Assembly (NCBI GenBank): GCA_009779745.1
Contig: WRDR01000003.1
Span: forward strand, 18,544-82,543
DNA length: 64,000 nt
Reading direction: 5' to 3'
From: Alphaproteobacteria bacterium
GTDB taxonomy: Bacteria > Pseudomonadota > Alphaproteobacteria > UBA9219
In this document: positions 26,629 through 34,447 of the stretch, one piece after another
How positions within the stretch are numbered: the first letter of the stretch is position 1
Layout: each line of letters opens with the position of its first letter
Translations under genes and position numbers: made by a program
Notes under the pieces: model-generated
Told to the model about the DNA's origin: nothing
Databases searched by the model: none
The model's input: the letters and a program-made list of their open reading frames with translations, nothing else

Positions 26629-27495
26629 ATGGCATACAAAGATTTTGCAACACTGGAAGACGCTAAAAAACTCATAACTGAGAATAAGATAGAAGCGGTT
26701 ATACTCGGCTTTGGTGGAACCTTTACCAGCATTGACTTGATGCGTCATCTGGCATGGAAATACATAATAGAAGAAAATAGCGAAAACCAAAATCCTTCTT
26801 TATATCACATCGGAAAAAGCCTCAAATTAAAGCTCTTCTCTGAGATAAGCAAAGACATAAAGAAAAGGTTCGGCGTTCCTCTTTGCAGGCAGAGTATATC
26901 TGAAGAATATAAAGAAAATCTAAAGTCTTTACAGAAAGGCTGGTATACGCCGGAATATGCTCCTAAACTTGATAAGACTGTTAAAGATTTGCTTTTATTC
27001 GCTAATGCCAGCAACATACCGGTTTACATAGTTTCCAACAGCAGGGAAGAAGAAATCTCGCACTATTTGGACAAAGCCGGTTTATTAGGTAACGTAACAG
27101 ACATATTCGGTTCCGATTTTATAAAAAGACACGGCGGACCTTTGTACAATCAAGTGTACCATATTGCAAAGCGTATCAACGTTCCTACAAATAGGATAGT
27201 GTGTGTAAATAGTAGTGCGTCTTTAGATAAATTCGTAGGTAATAAGTTCAAAAATTATTATAAGCCGAAAACAATCCGCATCTGCAGCGAGCTTGACTGC
27301 ATTGATGAAGGAGCAGAAGCAAAAGCAGATCTAACTTTGTTTATAGAGAACAAAGCTTTATTTAAATTAGGGGCAACACCGAAAGATAAACAGAAGCTCA
27401 AAAATTTTCTGTATCCTGAACCTCAAGAGCCTGAATGGCTGAAGAATTATACCCGGAAGAACGTTTCTGTGCAAAGAAAAGAAGCACAACCTTAG
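26629..27495 (+). CDS. HAD-fold protein with degenerate catalytic motifs (probable pseudo-phosphatase)
   Basis: 288 aa. Motif I position reads AVILGFGGTF (DxDGT expected). Motif II reads VYIVSNS. The motif IV region reads IVCVNSSASLD (GDSxxD expected). Confidence 0.5.
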   Translation: MAYKDFATLEDAKKLITENKIEAVILGFGGTFTSIDLMRHLAWKYIIEENSENQNPSLYHIGKSLKLKLFSEISKDIKKRFGVPLCRQSISEEYKENLKSLQKGWYTPEYAPKLDKTVKDLLLFANASNIPVYIVSNSREEEISHYLDKAGLLGNVTDIFGSDFIKRHGGPLYNQVYHIAKRINVPTNRIVCVNSSASLDKFVGNKFKNYYKPKTIRICSELDCIDEGAEAKADLTLFIENKALFKLGATPKDKQKLKNFLYPEPQEPEWLKNYTRKNVSVQRKEAQP

Positions 27496-27508
27496 GTTGT
27501 GCTTTTTT
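27483..27508. terminator. Rho-independent terminator (possibly bidirectional)
   Basis: AGCACAACC-TTA-GGTTGTGCT followed by TTTTT. It overlaps the TAG stop of the 26629 ORF and lies 21 nt from the stop of the convergent 27529 gene. Confidence 0.75.
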
Positions 27509-27528
27509 AAATCAGTTTAGTTTAACTA

Positions 27529-28488
27529 TTACACAGAAACTGCTTCAAAGACTGCCAAAGGGGCTTGACCGTCTTTGGCGAACAGTTTAAGCGTATCTCC
27601 CTCAATCTCATAACGTACTGCTTCGTTCAGTGCCTTCATCATATTGTCTTCCGTATCCATGCCCTTAATGCAGGCCATTCTGGTTATTGCTACGCCGCTG
27701 AATTCTATCTCTCTGTCACCGGCAAGCGCATACATGCCTACGAACCTGTTGCAGCCTCCGTTGCCCATCACTCTGTTTTCTTCGGCTTTCAATGTCATGT
27801 ACGGCTCTTGCACAAAATCAACTGCGGCAGCACCTTTTGCCTCTTTCAGCCTCCAGTGCTTTTCTTGTATGCCGGACTCTTTTGCAGCAGGTCCTCCGGG
27901 CTGTTTTGCTTCAGTCGGCTGTTCGCCCGTTGGATTTAGTTCCGCTGGGTTTGCCTCGGCAGGGGCTGCTTCAGGCTGCGCTTCTGTTGGCTGTTGAGTT
28001 CTTTTCTTCAGCACAAAAAGCTCTGCCAAATCGCCCTCTATTTGCTTGCCTTCCATGTCCAGCATGACCAGCCTGTTTTCCTGCACTAAGAATTCTCTTC
28101 TGGCACTGTCTGTAAGGGCTGTTATTTTATTGCCCAGCTCATTCCATTCAAAGCGTCCTTCCTCAATGAGGAAATCTTCTGTTCTTTCCAGATATTTTCT
28201 GGCTTCTCTGAATTTTCCGTCCTCGCCCAGAGTTACTATCATTTCAATTCCGGGGCAATCTGCGCAAGGAGTTATTCCGTGATACTCGCCCGCCCAGTCC
28301 AGTGAGTTCCTAGAGGTATGAACGGTGTCTACTATTTCTTCTTCAATTACTGCCTGCTCTTGTTCTTGCGTTTGAGCTACATTTTCCTGATCTGCAATGG
28401 TTTCGGCATCCTTTTGATGAACGAACATTCCGTAACCTACAGCAGCAGCTAATACGATTAATAATGCGAATAATATTGTCTTTTTCAT
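27529..28488 (-). CDS. Lipoprotein/anchored protein with NlpE N-terminal (copper-resistance) domain and META (HslJ-like) domain
   Basis: I prefer the start at 28488 (MKKTILFALLIVLAAAVG). YHGITPCADCPGIEMIVTL is the NlpE_N motif. A Pro/Glu/Ala-rich linker follows. The C-terminus GNGGCNRFVGMY...ITRMAC is the META pattern. Confidence 0.75.
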   Translation of the reverse strand: MKKTILFALLIVLAAAVGYGMFVHQKDAETIADQENVAQTQEQEQAVIEEEIVDTVHTSRNSLDWAGEYHGITPCADCPGIEMIVTLGEDGKFREARKYLERTEDFLIEEGRFEWNELGNKITALTDSARREFLVQENRLVMLDMEGKQIEGDLAELFVLKKRTQQPTEAQPEAAPAEANPAELNPTGEQPTEAKQPGGPAAKESGIQEKHWRLKEAKGAAAVDFVQEPYMTLKAEENRVMGNGGCNRFVGMYALAGDREIEFSGVAITRMACIKGMDTEDNMMKALNEAVRYEIEGDTLKLFAKDGQAPLAVFEAVSV

Positions 28489-28562
28489 GTTTTTACTTTC
28501 TGCATGAGGGAGAGATAAATGACTTAATTTATCTCTTATCTTTAGCATAATCAAGTCTTTTT

Positions 28563-28916
28563 TTAGTTATCAACAGGATTGTTGTTGCTATCCACGAATA
28601 CTATCGCAGGCTCGAATTTTGCCTCTTCTTCCGGAGTAAAATACGCATAGGCTACTACGATAATCATGTGTCCTTTTTTTGCCTTATGGGCTGCTGCTCC
28701 GTTGATACAGATCTCTCTGCTGCCTTTTTCGCCCTCTATGATATATGTCTGAAACCGCTCTCCGTTGGTTATATTCAGCACGTCTACTTTCTGCCCGGCC
28801 TTCATTTTTGCCAATAAAAGCAGCTCTTTGTCTATTGTAATAGACCCTACGTAATCCATATTGGCATCAGTCACGGTCGCTCTGTGTATTTTAGAGTATA
28901 AAAATTCTTGCAGCAT
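28563..28916 (-). CDS. panD: Aspartate 1-decarboxylase
   Basis: 117 aa. [21 protein letters not shown] contains the G-S self-cleavage site. [10 protein letters not shown] and INGAAAH are also present. Confidence 0.95.
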   Translation of the reverse strand: MLQEFLYSKIHRATVTDANMDYVGSITIDKELLLLAKMKAGQKVDVLNITNGERFQTYIIEGEKGSREICINGAAAHKAKKGHMIIVVAYAYFTPEEEAKFEPAIVFVDSNNNPVDN

Positions 28917-28932
28917 TTTTTTGCTCCTTTTT

Positions 28933-29721
28933 TTATAGTAAAAATTCTTTCGGGTGCCACTCGTAATGCGTTATGTTTTCTCTTAAATGTTTCTTTGCCT
29001 CTTTGTATCCGGGGTAATATTTTTCTACCATTTTCCAAAACTCCTCAGAATGATTCTTATGCTTTATGTGGCATAACTCGTGTATTATTACATAGTCTAT
29101 TATCTCTTTTGGAGCCATAACCAGCCTCCAGTTCAGGCTTATCACATTTTTATAATCACAGCTTCCCCATTGCCGCATCGCATTATTTATCCGAAAACTA
29201 TCATACGAAATTTTTATCTTTTCACTCCATTTGCCTAGTTTCTCTATAAATATACTCTTTATTTCCTTCTTATACCAACACATAAGTTCCAATGCCGCTT
29301 CTTCTTTCACCCCTTGTTGCGACAGCCATTCGTCCTGTATATTTATTTTTATTGCTTTATCTTCAAGTCTGCAATAGTTTTTTTCTTCCGAATTCCTTGT
29401 AATCTTTACCTCATATGCCTCGCCTAAAAACAAAGCTGTTCCTTTTGTACTCTCGTTCTTTTGAATCTCTCCTATGCGCCTTGCTATCCATGAAGCCCTG
29501 TTTTTCAGTATTTTGGCTATTGAATCCACAGATGTTCTGTAAGGTGCAGATACCTGTATAGACAAATCCTTTTCTACTGAAAACGAGACTGACGCTCTTC
29601 TTTGCCTGCTTCTTTTAACAAAAAACAGAACTTCCCTGTCTCCGATTTTTACAGCAGTGTTCAAAGCTACATAACTTCTCTGGTACAGCTTATAGATGTT
29701 CCGGTAGTATTCACAAAACAA
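28933..29721 (-). CDS. YgjP/DUF45-family (M48-like) metal-dependent hydrolase
   Basis: 262 aa. [42 protein letters not shown] is the DUF45 HExxH signature. Confidence 0.8.
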   Translation of the reverse strand: MFCEYYRNIYKLYQRSYVALNTAVKIGDREVLFFVKRSRQRRASVSFSVEKDLSIQVSAPYRTSVDSIAKILKNRASWIARRIGEIQKNESTKGTALFLGEAYEVKITRNSEEKNYCRLEDKAIKINIQDEWLSQQGVKEEAALELMCWYKKEIKSIFIEKLGKWSEKIKISYDSFRINNAMRQWGSCDYKNVISLNWRLVMAPKEIIDYVIIHELCHIKHKNHSEEFWKMVEKYYPGYKEAKKHLRENITHYEWHPKEFLL

Positions 29722-29906
29722 AAACTAACGCCGCCTGTAGTAGTATCAAGACGAAACACGCTGCTGGTCGCAGTAGTATTGCTGTGCCTCATCAGAATGT
29801 AGGGACCTTCTCCGCTGGCAGCCTTAGCCGGCTGCAGCGTTTGCATGAGTATTACACTAGCTGCGATTATAATTGCTCCTGTTAGTATTGCTTTTGGTAT
29901 AGTCAT
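29667..29906 (-). CDS. Hypothetical small secreted protein (uncertain)
   Basis: 79 aa with a signal-like N-terminus ending AKA|AS. ATG lies 2 nt after the thyX-like stop. It overlaps the annotated DUF45 start by 55 nt, so one of the two models may be wrong. Confidence 0.3.
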   Translation of the reverse strand: MTIPKAILTGAIIIAASVILMQTLQPAKAASGEGPYILMRHSNTTATSSVFRLDTTTGGVSFCFVNTTGTSISCTREVM

Positions 29907-29908
29907 TG

Positions 29909-31288
29909 TTATTTTCCTTTCTCTATGATAGTTTGTTCTCCTCTTTTAGCATTCCAGCTATTTTCGTCCATGTCTCCATATACTGCAATATCCGGGAAGT
30001 CCTGTTGTAGCATTCTCAGCATACTCTGGGCAATAGGTCTTAGCGTTGGGTGCACTGTTTTATATGAGCGTATTTCTCCGATATAGACTGCTTCCGGCAC
30101 GGTATACGAGGCATGAACCAGCACATTAGTGCCCATAGGATAATAGTACTGTTTCAGATACGCATCATTAGGCAGCGTTTTTATGAGTTCTTCCTGTTCT
30201 TTGATTTTGGAAAGTAATTCTTTGTTGTCATTGCTGCTAAGGTAGTCGCTGAATTGCTGCATGTACCAAGAATGCATACCGTATGCGCCGTCAATAAGCG
30301 GAATAGGGCATACGCCGTTTCTGTGTCTTTGTATGTCGCGGAAAGAGCCGAAATCCAGCAAGAACAGCATATTGTATCTTCCGTAGCTGTCCAGCCTTCT
30401 GGGCAGAGGAGCATATTTGGGTCTCTTTTTTATTACACCGGACTCGTTATCCAATAGCCATTTCGCATTAATAGTATCGTATTTGTGTATTAAGCGTCCT
30501 GATTTTATCTCTTCTATTTCAGCAGCGGTCAGACAGAACTTAGATACAGCGGCTTCTTTGGTGATGAATGCGTTTTTTTCCGAGAACTCCGTATAGTATG
30601 AATCTGAATTTTCATTCAGATCGTTAACATCAAAGCTATGAGGATATTTTTCAATCAGAGCCTTCAAAATTTTCGTTGATACTTCTCTTACCTCCGGCAG
30701 AGGATTATATTTAAGTCTTTTTAGATTATCGCGCGCCGCTCTTAAAGACGTTGTCCAGCTTAGAAGCGTAGTGGTACCGACCGGCAGCAATGAGCGTGCT
30801 ATATCAAAGGCTCTGGCATATATGGTATTTTCCCAGATTCTCTCATTTTTATATTCTGTCTTGTCAAAAGGATGTTCTTTTTTGAGTGACTCATTTAGTT
30901 TCGGCAGAACCTCATTATATATCTGCATCCACTTCTTTTGAATTTCTGCGCCCAGAGGCGTGTTAAAAGGATTTAAGACTTCTTGTTTTGAAAAATCCAA
31001 ATACCGAGTAGAAGCCTCTTGCCCGTTGTACAAAGGGTTGTCTTGGATAGTTTTTGCGCAGAGCATAGACACTTGTTCTATGAACACTGTGGTATTGCCG
31101 CAATCGCCTATGGAAGCATGTCCGTAGCCGACATAGTATTGGCTCATGAACTTTCCGCTTCCGGAGGCTTTAAGTTTTTCCAAATGAGAAACTACGCTGG
31201 CAGGACTCCTAGAGTACAATGCTTGCAGCATTGCAATGTCTTCCGGCGTTTGATTGTCTATAACGAAAATTTCCGTATTATCTGTCAT
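29909..31288 (-). CDS. Long ThyX-like (Thy1-fold, apparently tandem-domain) protein; possible FAD-dependent thymidylate synthase
   Basis: 459 aa. The N-terminal half has LQALYSRS...GHASIGDCGNTTVF...EASTRYLDF (S-x-RY-like element). The C-terminal half has FGSFRDIQRHRNG (RHR element). The canonical single-domain RHRxxxxxxxS motif is not intact in either half. Confidence 0.5.
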   Translation of the reverse strand: MTDNTEIFVIDNQTPEDIAMLQALYSRSPASVVSHLEKLKASGSGKFMSQYYVGYGHASIGDCGNTTVFIEQVSMLCAKTIQDNPLYNGQEASTRYLDFSKQEVLNPFNTPLGAEIQKKWMQIYNEVLPKLNESLKKEHPFDKTEYKNERIWENTIYARAFDIARSLLPVGTTTLLSWTTSLRAARDNLKRLKYNPLPEVREVSTKILKALIEKYPHSFDVNDLNENSDSYYTEFSEKNAFITKEAAVSKFCLTAAEIEEIKSGRLIHKYDTINAKWLLDNESGVIKKRPKYAPLPRRLDSYGRYNMLFLLDFGSFRDIQRHRNGVCPIPLIDGAYGMHSWYMQQFSDYLSSNDNKELLSKIKEQEELIKTLPNDAYLKQYYYPMGTNVLVHASYTVPEAVYIGEIRSYKTVHPTLRPIAQSMLRMLQQDFPDIAVYGDMDENSWNAKRGEQTIIEKGK

Positions 31289-31368
31289 GTTGTTTTAATG
31301 TCTTTGAATATTCTTTAGAATCACTGTAACTAGTGTACAAGACTGTTATATATTTACAAGGAGGTTTT

Positions 31369-32313
31369 ATGTCTATAGCTCTGGTTTTTCCGGGTCAAGG
31401 CAGTCAAAGAGCCGGTATGGGAAAGGCTCTTTTTGATGCTTTTCAAGAGGCGAAAGACGTTTTTTTGGAAGTGGACGAGGCTCTTAAAGAAAAGCTGTCG
31501 TCTATGATTTTCGAGGGTGCGGAAGAGCTGAATTTGACCAGTAATGTTCAGCCAGCTCTTATGGCTGTGAGCATGGCTGTTGTAAGAGTGCTGGAAGCAC
31601 AGGGCAAGTTTGACATAGCAAAAAGAGCTGCGTTTCTGGCAGGGCATAGTTTAGGCGAATACTCTGCTTTGTGCGCTGCAAGGAGTATTGGGCTTTCCGA
31701 GACTGCCCGGTTGCTGAGAATTAGAGGCAAGGCTATGCAGGAGGCTTCGCCGCCCGGGAAGGGGACTATGGCTGCTCTTATAAAAGCCGATATGGAGCAG
31801 GCATTAGAGATTGTTTCTCTGGCAGCTAAGGAGTCAGGTGAAATTTGCTATGTTGCCAATGACAATGCTGTGGGACAAATTGTTATCAGCGGCACTATTG
31901 CTGGCATAGACAAGGCTATTGCTGTTGCGGCAGAAAGGGGCTTTAAGAGAGTTATAAAACTTCCGGTAGCAGGAGCTTTTCACTCTCCTTTGATGCAGCC
32001 TGTTGCAAACGTTCTGCGTGAGGCTTTACAGCACATAGAAATTAAGGCTCCTGTTGTGCCTTTGATTGCTAATGTGACAGCTTCCGAGGTTACGGATCCG
32101 GAAACTATTAAAAAGCTGCTTGTCGAGCAGGTTACCGGATCAGTCCGCTGGCGTGAATCTGTTCTTTACATGAAGGGCAGGGGAGTTGACAGACTAATAG
32201 AATGCGGCTCCGGCACTGTGCTTTCAGATTTAACCAAGCGTATTGATGATACTATATCAAGCACTGCTTTGTCCGCTCCGGAGGACATAGAAGCGTTTTT
32301 GAAGGCTGTATAG
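31369..32313 (+). CDS. fabD: Malonyl-CoA:ACP transacylase
   Basis: I prefer the start at 31369 (MSIALVFPGQGSQ), which has an AGGAGG RBS. GHSLGEYSAL active-site motif and AGAFHSPLM. Confidence 0.95.
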   Translation: MSIALVFPGQGSQRAGMGKALFDAFQEAKDVFLEVDEALKEKLSSMIFEGAEELNLTSNVQPALMAVSMAVVRVLEAQGKFDIAKRAAFLAGHSLGEYSALCAARSIGLSETARLLRIRGKAMQEASPPGKGTMAALIKADMEQALEIVSLAAKESGEICYVANDNAVGQIVISGTIAGIDKAIAVAAERGFKRVIKLPVAGAFHSPLMQPVANVLREALQHIEIKAPVVPLIANVTASEVTDPETIKKLLVEQVTGSVRWRESVLYMKGRGVDRLIECGSGTVLSDLTKRIDDTISSTALSAPEDIEAFLKAV

Positions 32314-32475
32314 GGCTTATTAACCATAAGATGTTATTGCTAAAAATATCTCCAACTACTATACAATTTTGCAAAAAACCAACCTGTTTTTGGATATGAG
32401 CAGTCAGTTGAATACGAACTTGACAATTCTATCAAAATTCTTACAAAGCATCAAGAAACACATTCTAGGGAGTAT

Positions 32476-32832
32476 ATGGAAAGAAGAAGCGGTAAAAGAC
32501 TCTACGACAGTTCTCATTTAGTTCTGGATTCGTTAGCACGTCATTGCAATGTAACGAAAAGAGTACTGATTGCCATTGAGCAGCATGGCGTGAAGAATAG
32601 AAAACTCTCTTTTGCAGCGCAGAAGCTGCACAAAGAAAGCCTTGCAACAATGCGCAAGACGTACAATACATTCGTATCTAAAGGTTTAGGTATGTTTACA
32701 AACGAAGTAGGTTCTTATTCAAAGATAGAATACGGGGCATCTAGGTATGCAGCATTGTTTAACTCATTAGAGCAGGCAACAAGACCTGACAGTAGTTCGC
32801 AACGAGTTCAGCAGCAAACGCTGGAAGATTAA
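32476..32832 (+). CDS. Hypothetical protein
   Basis: 118 aa with a GGGAG RBS, a plausible TTGACA-N16-TACAAA promoter upstream and a terminator downstream. I recognise no family. Confidence 0.4.
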   Translation: MERRSGKRLYDSSHLVLDSLARHCNVTKRVLIAIEQHGVKNRKLSFAAQKLHKESLATMRKTYNTFVSKGLGMFTNEVGSYSKIEYGASRYAALFNSLEQATRPDSSSQRVQQQTLED

Positions 32833-32847
32833 GAGTTGCTACTGCTT

Positions 32848-32874
32848 GAACCGGTCAAAATTTTTGACCGGTTC
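32848..32874 (+). terminator. Perfect 13-bp palindrome (GAACCGGTCAAAA T TTTTGACCGGTTC), probable terminator
   Basis: Read directly, 16 nt after the stop of the 32476 ORF and followed by GTTTCT. Confidence 0.6.
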
Positions 32875-32917
32875 GTTTCTCATTGCTTTATGCTCTAAAT
32901 TATTTTAGCCTCACTGC

Positions 32918-33226
32918 ATGAAAGAAATTATCTTTGTCTATATAACTTTTCCTTCTTTGAAAGAAGCAACCGATGTTGCTGAGGTTCTTGTTGCAGAGGA
33001 CCTCATAGCCTGCGCAAACCTTATCCCTAAGATTTTTTCTATTTATAAGTGGGAAGGAAAAGTCAACAACTCGGAAGAGGCTGTTCTTATAGCCAAGACT
33101 GCTGCTGACAAATGGAATGCCCTAGAGAAAAGAGTAAAAGAACTGCACTCCTACACTTGCCCCTGTATAGTTGCAATGCCTGTTACAAAAGGTAATCCGG
33201 ATTTCCTAAACTGGGTGTGTTCCTAA
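32918..33226 (+). CDS. cutA: Divalent-cation tolerance protein CutA
   Basis: 102 aa. VYITFPS..EA..VA..LV.E.LIACANLIP.I.SIYKWEGKV...EE..LI.KT matches the CutA1 pattern. Confidence 0.85.
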   Translation: MKEIIFVYITFPSLKEATDVAEVLVAEDLIACANLIPKIFSIYKWEGKVNNSEEAVLIAKTAADKWNALEKRVKELHSYTCPCIVAMPVTKGNPDFLNWVCS

Positions 33227-33991
33227 TCAACCGCACCCGCTGCAGCCGCACCCGCAAGAGGACTGATTGCATATCTCTATTTTCTCAAACCTAGACTCTC
33301 CGTCAGGTGCTATGTAACTGGTGCACGTAGAAACGTCAAAGTACACAACATGCACTTTAATCTTGGAGTCTAATTTAGCAAGATGTTCTTTTACCAGCAG
33401 TGCCTGATGAAAGCCATGGCCTACTTCTACAGCTCTGGCAAACGTCTTATCAGGGTCGCTTCCTGCCGGAATATTATGTGTTTTTAAATAATCCGCTGCC
33501 TCTTCCTTTTGCATTGCAGAAACAGTAAATCCTTTCTTCTTTCCCATGTCTTTCAGAATATCAGCTTCAAGCCCTTGTCCATGCCCGCAAGCGCAGCTGC
33601 TTCCGGCGCACTTAATCGCATTCGCTATACAGCCGCAATTTCCATGAGGAATTATTACTATATTCTCTATTCCGATATGATTTGCATAAGTGATGAACTT
33701 CTTAGCATCACTGCTTAGCTCAGAATGATTATTTTCGTCTTCTAATGATGCACCGATATTGCGGAAAGTGAAAATCTCTCCGGGCAAAGCATCAAACAGC
33801 AAATCAGTAGGGACTCTTGAATCAGAGCAGCCTACGACAGCTATCTTAGGGGATTGAGATGTGTACAAAAAGGCGTTAGCCTCAAAAATTTCCTTAGCTC
33901 TCTGAGTGCCGTAAGCTAAACGAGCAATAATTTCATTCATGAAAAACTCCCGATATAAAGTATTAATTAGAGTCCGTAATATAGCAGGCAT
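33227..33991 (-). CDS. Beta-class carbonic anhydrase-like protein with a Cys-rich insertion and C-terminal Cys/Gly tail
   Basis: Carries VGCSDSRVP, GEIFTFRNIGA and HGNCG (beta-CA zinc ligand motifs). It also has CIANAIKCAGSSCACGHGQG and a terminal CNQSSCGCGCSGCG. An alternative start at 33940 (MNEIIARL) has a GGGAG RBS. Confidence 0.65.
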   Translation of the reverse strand: MPAILRTLINTLYREFFMNEIIARLAYGTQRAKEIFEANAFLYTSQSPKIAVVGCSDSRVPTDLLFDALPGEIFTFRNIGASLEDENNHSELSSDAKKFITYANHIGIENIVIIPHGNCGCIANAIKCAGSSCACGHGQGLEADILKDMGKKKGFTVSAMQKEEAADYLKTHNIPAGSDPDKTFARAVEVGHGFHQALLVKEHLAKLDSKIKVHVVYFDVSTCTSYIAPDGESRFEKIEICNQSSCGCGCSGCG

Positions 33992-33994
33992 TCG

Positions 33995-34447
33995 TTAAAT
34001 GTCTATACTGTTGTTTACAATAGTACAAAACCTTCGCCCGTCACTGTCCAGTTCAAACAAAAGCCGTATAGTATTCAAAGGCAGCGTGTTTTCCGCTATC
34101 AAAGCCCACTCTGCTATTACAAGGTAATCGCCGTGCAGCGCATCATACCAGCCTATTTCTTCCAGCTCTTCAACGTTCTTTATCCTGTACAAATCAAAAT
34201 GGTAAACAGCCCGAATGTCTAAGGAAGCAGAGGGCGGCAAATCATACACCTGTAGGATTGTAAATGTAGGACTGGCAATATTGCCTTCAATGCCCAGCTC
34301 TCTCATCAAAAAACGAGCAAACTCTGTCTTGCCTGTTCCCAGCTCTCCGTAAAGAGCTACAACAACAGGCTTTGTAATCAAGGATTTTATTTCTAAGGCA
34401 ATATTCCGGGTATCATCAAGATTTTCCAACAAAATTCTATTCTTCAT
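33995..34447 (-). CDS. tsaE: tRNA t6A biosynthesis ATPase TsaE (YjeE)
   Basis: 150 aa. LYGELGTGKTEFARF P-loop, SPTFTI and HFDLYR. Start overlaps the divL stop (TAATG). Confidence 0.85.
   Translation of the reverse strand: MKNRILLENLDDTRNIALEIKSLITKPVVVALYGELGTGKTEFARFLMRELGIEGNIASPTFTILQVYDLPPSASLDIRAVYHFDLYRIKNVEELEEIGWYDALHGDYLVIAEWALIAENTLPLNTIRLLFELDSDGRRFCTIVNNSIDI

Noticed and set aside
32476-32832. Possible PhaR-like repressor (N-terminal GKRLYDSS..LVLDSLA resembles the PhaR RRLYD..YVTLEDLA motif; phaC is in the window)
   Set aside because: The resemblance covers only about 15 residues and the rest does not align from memory. That is too weak to call, so it is listed as hypothetical.
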